DNA of 64,000 nucleotides from NCBI RefSeq assembly GCF_040938485.1, contig NW_027271032.1, forward strand, positions 3,286,001 through 3,350,000, in the 5' to 3' direction. Numbering within the stretch: the first letter of the stretch is position 1; each line of letters opens with the position of its first letter. The position numbers were made by a program, and so were the translations under genes. A model generated the notes under the pieces. That model ran no database searches. It had not been told where the DNA came from and worked only from the letters and a program-made list of their open reading frames with translations. This DNA is from Diadema antillarum. Lineage: Eukaryota. This document shows, piece by piece, positions 57,033 to 64,000 of this stretch.

Positions 57033-57247
57033 TACTGTAAAAGTGGTTTCTTTCGCGGTGGTTTTATTTTCGCACTTTTCGCGCTTTGAGGTTGAACCGC
57101 CAATTTAACATCACGCGAAAATGTTTTGAACTCATCGCTTGTTACAACGCTATCATTACCGACCGCTAATTTAAACACACGCGAAAAAGTCGGCACCGAT
57201 GGAAACCGCGAAAGTTTCTGTACACAAAAGAAACCACTTTTACAGTA
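57033..57247. mobile_element. TACTGTA-ended MITE nested in a CGTTATAAC-rich element
   Basis: Long TIR TACTGTAAAAGTGGTTTCTTT/AAAGAAACCACTTTTACAGTA. Confidence 0.75.
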
Positions 57248-59168
57248 TATATAACAAAAACAAGGAAACAACGAAATATCATATTTTGTTTGTTGAATAC
57301 TCATCATACACTGGAAAGCTTTGTGAAAATGGGATGGTACCTTTTTAATTTTGTTTGAATATTAAATTCAAAAGAGAGCATAAAGTTGTTTGTGTAATAT
57401 ATCAAATGTAGGAGTGTTGTTGCTACAAATCCAAGCTTCAACCACTACAGACTTGAGGGAAAACTCCTTCATTGCTCTTCTCAGTATTTTGTCCAACCCG
57501 ACTGGTCATCACATCCTGTGGTCAGTCTACACACCCTACCTCCCTAGGAGCCTAACCTCTCCCATAAACATTTCTTGATAACCTGTCTCCCCATTGTCTA
57601 CCAGTGCAAGGTTTCTCCCCCATCATCCCCATCATGTACTATGTGAGTCACTGGTGTCAGTGACCCATGGATTGACAGTGGTCATTATTAACCTACACCT
57701 TTGTTTTATTATAATCTGAATCCCTCTATTTTGAATATTTGAATATTATCTAGATTAAGCCCATCCTTCTAGTACACATGTATTATAAAAGTGACCATGT
57801 GCTTTGGTCAAGAGTTCTCTCTTTCACCCTCTTGGGGTAAAGACACAAAGCGTTGGTCTCCCTTGCCATCCCTCTTTAGGGGCAATATATGGCCGTTTGA
57901 TGGGGAGTACCAGTTAATATATATCTCTGCTAAGCGTTATATCCCACTGTGATTAAATAAAGATCCCGTATACTTTGTAATAAGAACTGGTCTCTTGGTC
58001 TCTTCTGTGCGCTGTCGTCGAGTGTCGAGAAACTTTACCAATGTAACACCGCCTATCGTACGCCATCAAAGAATAACATCAACGCTACAGAATAAAGGTG
58101 TTACATTTGTATTGTCATGCATGCATAGAAAATGACGGTTTAGGATTCGGTTACAGTTCGCTATTCCAAAGGTTAGTTTCTTACTAAAGTTTGTCACTCC
58201 GAAGGCTCGTTACTATTTGAGAGAATATTAATAATTTAATTACCAGTACATGAAAGCTTATGATCTTGATACGTCACAGCAGCAGCGCTGACATACAAAC
58301 TACAGCCTCAAGTACCTGCTTTATTTGCCCGCTTTCACTGTCCTGCAAGTTGCGACTGCATACCGTAGTCCCACACATGCATTAACTACACGTAATGCTC
58401 TACGCAATCACGTCTCAGTGCTTGGCCTGGTACTGGTGCAGTGCAGTGCATCGTACTTTGCAGCCTTACCATGCATCATGTTTTAAAATCCATATAATGC
58501 ATCCGGCATCTAGTCAAAGACAAAGTAAATATCAAAAGTAAAGAAACAAGTCACAAATTCCACATGATGACATAAATGGTATCCCGGGGTACCAAATAAA
58601 AATCAGCCATTTTGCTGAGTTATTATTTTTTTTTAAAAGGTTGTACCCTGGGTGCCAAAAAGTGGGAAATTATTTTGGTGCCTGAGCTAGCGCGCTAGCC
58701 ACTGCACTGCACTGCACTGAAGTACACGCTAATATCGCCAGCACAGTATACCATGCATGCATAGTATCACATGCAGTGGCATAGGAATGACTGTAGACGC
58801 ACAAACAGTGCATGCATTTCTCTGCGGCTCTCCTCGAGTGGACGTGAGGTGGCGCTACACAACGTGGTACCCCCGGGGTAACCCGTGATGCATTATATGC
58901 ACCCAAGCCAGTAAGCCAAAAGGCACAGGTAGCCTACTGCACACGAGTTACGCCAGGAGAAGTGACACCATGAGACGTGATGCCCAAAATTGTAATGTTT
59001 TTAAGCAGCAGCTCAATGTGATTGTGGGGCCGGGCTGTGACGCCTTGATATTCGCCTGCACTCGGCGTCACATCCTTCTCATTCACCTAATCGAAAAGTC
59101 CCTAGCTATTGTATTGTGCATGCACGCAGCTGCAGCGCTGTCATGTCTGTACTATTATTAAAAGTATA

Positions 59169-59689
59169 GTGAGGTGCCCGCACCTCGTCAGGGGCCCGAA
59201 TACCGTCACCCCGCTTAAAATTGTTTTAAGCGCACTAAACAAAAATTTACGCCCGGGACTGTGTTCAGTACGCTTGAAATTTGGCAGGACTACCACAACC
59301 AAGCAAATTGTAGTGAAAACCGAACAGTTTTTCGCGAAAATCTGAAATTTAATCGGAATACGTGTTATACGTATCACCACTGTCCCCGCACGCATCTTTT
59401 ACGTGTATGTCTATGGGAGCATCACGGTCACCCGCACACGTATTTTACGTGCTTTGTCTATGGGAGCGCGGGTGACGAGTTGCGGGCCCCTTCCTCAGCG
59501 TGCAACTTTTTCGCATCGTTCGCGTTTGACGACGATAGCAGCAAATTTTCGATATCGATCAGTGAACTTGTGATTTCATTGGAATTTTCAGCATTTTTCC
59601 TGTATGTGAGTTGGATTTCAAAGACTTTCAGTGGCGAAATGTGATTCAAATATGCGCAAACATTAACTATGACGAGGTGCGGGTCACCC
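59169..59689. mobile_element. Putative ~520-bp MITE with 7-bp flanking direct repeat
   Basis: Perfect 14-bp inverted repeat CCCGCACCTCGTCA (59177-59190)/TGACGAGGTGCGGG (59670-59683); AAGTATA at 59162-59168 and 59690-59696. Confidence 0.55.
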
Positions 59690-61419
59690 AAGTATACTAC
59701 TAGTGTCGCCCATGCCCAGTCAGGAGAGACGGCGCGGCCTCCATCATACGACATCGTTTGACACACACATACTTTTTTGGTCTTCACTTTTATTAACCGC
59801 AGCAGCGACCCCATACGGACAAATACGTACCGTAAAGGGGTCGCACAGCAAACCTATACCTGTCACGGAAGCACCTGATATGGCTAAGCATTTACGTGAC
59901 CAGAGACCAAAATACAGGGTTTTATACTGAAATTAGTAGCCTTACTCTTAGATAAGATACTTACAATCACGGCAGGCGAAGTCGATTTACAATATGATCT
60001 GTTTTGAGAGCCCTGTGAAAGAGTTTATCCGAGGTTTTTATAGTCCTACCGCATTTCGTATTGTAGTACGACTTACACAGCGCATGCGCTAATGTGGATA
60101 AAACGTAGCACATACTGTAATATGCAATGTATGCGTGTGGAAAAAAAACGGAAAGCTCGCTGAGAACGGAAATGAATATTCATGAGACGTAACAAATAGA
60201 ATGCATGCTGGGCGATGATTTACTATCGGGCCTACCGGCACTTATTTATTTCGTTTTTTAAGCACATTTCGAATGTGTGGTTCATTATTTATTTGCAATA
60301 AAGGAAGTGCACACATAATGAACATCTGGAGATGTGAAGGATTAAGAAAATAACAGGTGATTTTCATGATAGAGGGTATGTTTTGGTTTTTTTTTTTTGA
60401 TTTTTTTCCCCAGTCTGCAGAGGCAATGCCCCAGAAGTCTCATCTATAGATCAAGTTTCCTTTCACACTGTACATTATAGTTTTAATGTTGTACATTCAC
60501 AATGGGCTCCACTCACAAGCTCTGCTTCTTGGGGACTCATATTCATTTTTGCTTCATGTTTATTTTCTACTGTGATTTGAATTGAATACACTTCTGTTAC
60601 ATACATGTTTTGTTTATTTCCAATAGTTGAGAATTGTTTGATTATTTATTGAGACCTTTTTTTTTTTCCAAAGACTTACTACCGCATGAGAGGAGATCCT
60701 TCCTGTCTTTCTTTTTCTGTCAGGCTTGTCACTTTCTGTTTGATTGTGTGTATGTGTGTGTGTGTGTCCGCGTGCGTGTGTGTTTCATAATTATTGTGTG
60801 TAACAAAATGGAAGAATTGGAAGCTAAATTTCTATGTACTGTGACATACAGATCAATAAAATTGACTCTTGAGTATTCATTCATTTCATTCATTCATTTC
60901 ATTCATTCATTCATTCATAGCAATGGGACAAGAAGTGTCTTCTGAAAATTTTTGAAATTTCAAATGTCATAACTTCCTTATTTTTTATCCGATTTTATCA
61001 TTTTTGCACTGTTCTGCTGGATTTTTTTTATCATTGTCGTGAAATTGATAAAATTTTAGATTGGCTTTCATCTTAAAGGCATAATGGATTGGTTAATGAA
61101 AAACTAGAAAGTAACCCTTTCAGATCCATCCACATGGTCATTGGGATTGTATTCCATTGCTCCCCATGGCTTTTTTTTTTTTTTTTTTGATGTTGTCTTG
61201 CTTGATCAATACCCTTTTAAGCCTTATACATACGTGTATGTACAATACTACTGAAATGCATGCCGGTATTCCCCAACGCGTTTACATCGTTCGTTTGCTT
61301 GCGATCGGCGGTCATGCCATCAGACAAGGAATATGTATTCGTAGAGGCGCACGCATTTCTGTGGTCATTTCACTCATGCCTTTTTTTAACCCATGATCCG
61401 AGCCCGGCTTTGTAGCAGC

Positions 61420-63450
61420 GTGGCAGATGACATGTTAGAACGAGTTTACTTGTGCAGATTTTTAGAAAAATTGAAAAAATTACAGCAGTATAAAGATCTG
61501 ATTGCGTTTGTTTTCATTTCATTCCTTCAGAATGGTCTCATAATGAAGATAGGCACAAAAGGGATAACAAAATTTGTCCTGTTGTGTACCTTTCAAGAAC
61601 GCATGCACAAAATGTGACGAGAAAAAAAAAAAAAAAATCATAAAATCATCGCAGTCCCGTTGAAATTTGCGGAAACAGTAGGCGCGAAAAGGATCTTGAA
61701 TTCGGTCCTGCATGCCATGTTGGTTATCAAAAACGCATGCACAAATGTGAAGAAATTATCGGGAAAAAAAACTACTTTCAATCCTTCTTGTGCGTGCATC
61801 ACAACAGATTACAGCCGAAAGAATTCACGAAATCATCGCAATCCTGCTGATATCTGAGTTATAGAAATAGGCGCAAAAAAAATCGTGATATTCGAATAGT
61901 GCGAAGAGATTATAGGGGGAAAAATAAAAGACACATTTTCAACCCCTTCTGGTGGTGCATCATCAAGATTACAGCCGAATATCAAATCATGGCAATCCCA
62001 TTGAAATTTGAGGAAACGATAGGCGCAAGAAGGATATCGAATTCGGCCCTGAATACTGTCTTTCAAAAAACGCATGAATAATTCCGAAGAGATTTTCGGG
62101 AGAAAAATAAAGAATGTTTTTTGAACCCTTCTGGTGTGTGCATCACAAAAGATTAGAGCCGAAATAATTCATAAAATCACCGCGATGCCGTTAAAGTTTG
62201 AGGAGACAATAGGCGCAAAACGAATCATAAATTCGGCCGTGAATACCTTCTAATCCGAGAAGACACGCATTTACGAAATGTGGGAGAGATTATCTGTAAA
62301 AAGTATAAAAGGACACATTTTCAACCCCTTTTGGTGTGTGCAAAGTAAAAGATTACAGCCGTAGGAATTCATGAAATCATCACAATCCCGCTGATATTAA
62401 ATTGATAGGCGCAAACAGGATCATGAATTCGGCCGTGTTATGATCTTTCAAGAACGCATTTACGAAATTCGAAGATTTTATCGGGGAAAAATAAAGAACA
62501 CATTTTCAACCCCTCTTGGCATGTGAATCATTAAGATTATAGCCGAATAATAATCCATGAAATCATGGCAATCCCGTTGAAATTTGAGGAAACAATAGGC
62601 GCAAAAAGGATCGTGAATTTGGCCCTGCATGCTGTGTATCTTTCAAAAACGCATACCGCATGCACAAATTCGGGAGAAAAATAGGACACATTTTAAACCT
62701 CTTTTGGCGCGTGCATTATAAAAATTACAGCCAAAATGATTCATGAAATCATCACAATCCCGTTGAAGTTTGAGGAGAACAAGAGGTGCAAAAAGAATCA
62801 TGAATTCGGCCGTATCATTTCTTCTAATCCGAGAGGACGCATTTACGAAATGCGAAAATATTATCGGAGCAAAATAAAGGGCGCATTGTCAACCATTCTG
62901 GTGTGTTCATCACAACAGATTACATCCGAACAGTGATCCGAAGTAAAGTTCATGAAATCGTCACAATCCCGCTGATATCACGAGGTAGAAATAAGCGCAA
63001 AAAGGATCGTGAATTCGACCCTGATGCCGTATGCTGCCGTATATACCTTTCAAGAGCGCATGCACAAATGCGAAAAGATTATCGGGAGAAAAATACAGAA
63101 CCCCTTCTGGCACGTGCATCAGAAAATACTATACAGCAAAAATAATTCATGTAATCATTACAATCCAGCTGAGCACCAAAAATGTGAAAAGCGCAGCAAC
63201 TTAAGTAACGCGTGTTACTCTACGTGCGCTGATGTTGACAAAGAGTCACAAACGCATTTGATACAATCTGATTTTGTTCATAATCATTTAACACGTTAAT
63301 TCACAAACATTCAATTCTTTTAAAATGGTTCTATACACGAAGAAGAGATAGGAGTACAAAGCATCACAAATTTGACCCTGCAGTGTACTTTCAAGAACGC
63401 ATACTTGTAAGATACGGGAAGAAATTTTCGGAGGAAAGTTAAAAACCGCA
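61420..63450. repeat. Diverged tandem array, unit ~190 bp, about 10 copies
   Basis: Recurrent GATTACAGCCGAA..CATGAAATCATCGCAATCCCGTTGAAATTTGAGGA..ATAGGCGCAAAA..GAATTCGGCC; TAGGCGC anchors near 61679, 61869, 62019, 62210, 62405, 62596, 62781 and 62989. Confidence 0.9.
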
Positions 63451-63799
63451 TTTCAGTCCCTTCTTTTTTTTTCACTTCCTTTTTGTATCAACAAAACAAT
63501 TCACAAATGATTCCTTTTTGTTCCTTCTCAAGGAAATGATCCATAAACAAGGCACTTGAGTTTACAAAATATTTATTTGCAAAATGTATTTTTTTTTTGG
63601 GGGGGGGGGAGGTAATATTATTGTCGACAAAAACATGAAAATAAATTTGCAAGCCGGTTAATGCTTTTTCAGGTTGTTGTTGACCAGTAAATTTTCTGTT
63701 CCGACCAGTACAAAAATGGGGAGGAAAAATGGATATTTACTGATCCGACAGAGACAGGTTGGACCGGCAGAAAAAAAAATGGGTTAGTGTGCAGCCCTG

Positions 63800-63983
63800 C
63801 TTTATCCAACTTCCAAGATTCGGTGATGAAACCAAAGCAAGCACTCTTGCCAAACTCAGTTGGCAACATTAGGAAGGTGTCATTCTGTTTCACTGCGTTC
63901 TCGATAATTTCTATTTGCTCCACTTTGAACTTAATTCTTTTTGCATCCTCCTCTACTTCACCTAGAGCATTTTTGAACTCCAT
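63800..63983 (-). pseudogene. RecQ-like (SF2) helicase N-terminal fragment
   Basis: K.EQIEIIENAVKQNDTFLMLPTEFGKSACF resembles the RecQ Q-motif + motif I (LPTGxGKSLCF) with G->E; it is cut downstream by a MITE end at 63799. Confidence 0.65.
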
Positions 63984-64000
63984 GATACCTATGGTATTGG

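Noticed and set aside
57655-58048. Possible solo LTR (TGT...ACA with AATAAA at 57956)
   Set aside because: No matching target-site duplication and no second copy in the window.
58560-58615. ATG GCT GAT as a possible GPATCH1 first exon
   Set aside because: It translates to MADFYLVPRDTIYVIMWNL*, with no acidic motif or phase-1 donor, and looks like repeat sequence.
59458-59814. 118-aa minus-strand ORF
   Set aside because: It crosses the boundary of a putative MITE and has no recognisable domain.
61420-63450. CRISPR-like array
   Set aside because: Eukaryotic context, units ~190 bp and diverged along their whole length, no unique spacers and no cas genes.

Overview
AT-rich, intron-containing animal genomic DNA. 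The host is probably a marine invertebrate such as an echinoderm, inferred only from repeat style. There are two N gaps, at 33822-33980 and 44509-44660. One host gene is recognisable: GPATCH1 on the minus strand, with 11 coding exons traced between 46801 and 34602. Its first exon and 3' exons were not found, and one exon carries a 1-nt frameshift. The dominant feature is an apparently intact 7.0-kb DIRS1-group tyrosine-recombinase retrotransposon (12249-19261, minus). It encodes gag, RT-RNaseH-methyltransferase and YR, has identical 162-bp inverted terminal repeats and an internal complementary region, and is nested in a TTAA-flanked, THAP-remnant-bearing DNA transposon. The most interesting signal is its gag stop, GGC-UUU-UGA-CUC. 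The YR frame continues in frame behind this single UGA for 975 codons, and the RT frame is reachable by a +1 slip on UUUU. Neither frame has an AUG near its start, so one site may act as a three-way termination/readthrough/+1-frameshift switch. Also present are a Penelope-like remnant, a decayed L2-type LINE with a 2A-like GDVYPNPGP motif, a second truncated LINE, an RTE remnant and many MITEs. Near the right end lie a ~190-bp tandem array and a RecQ-like helicase fragment. A tRNA-like cassette sits inside a 141-bp foldback in a GPATCH1 intron.
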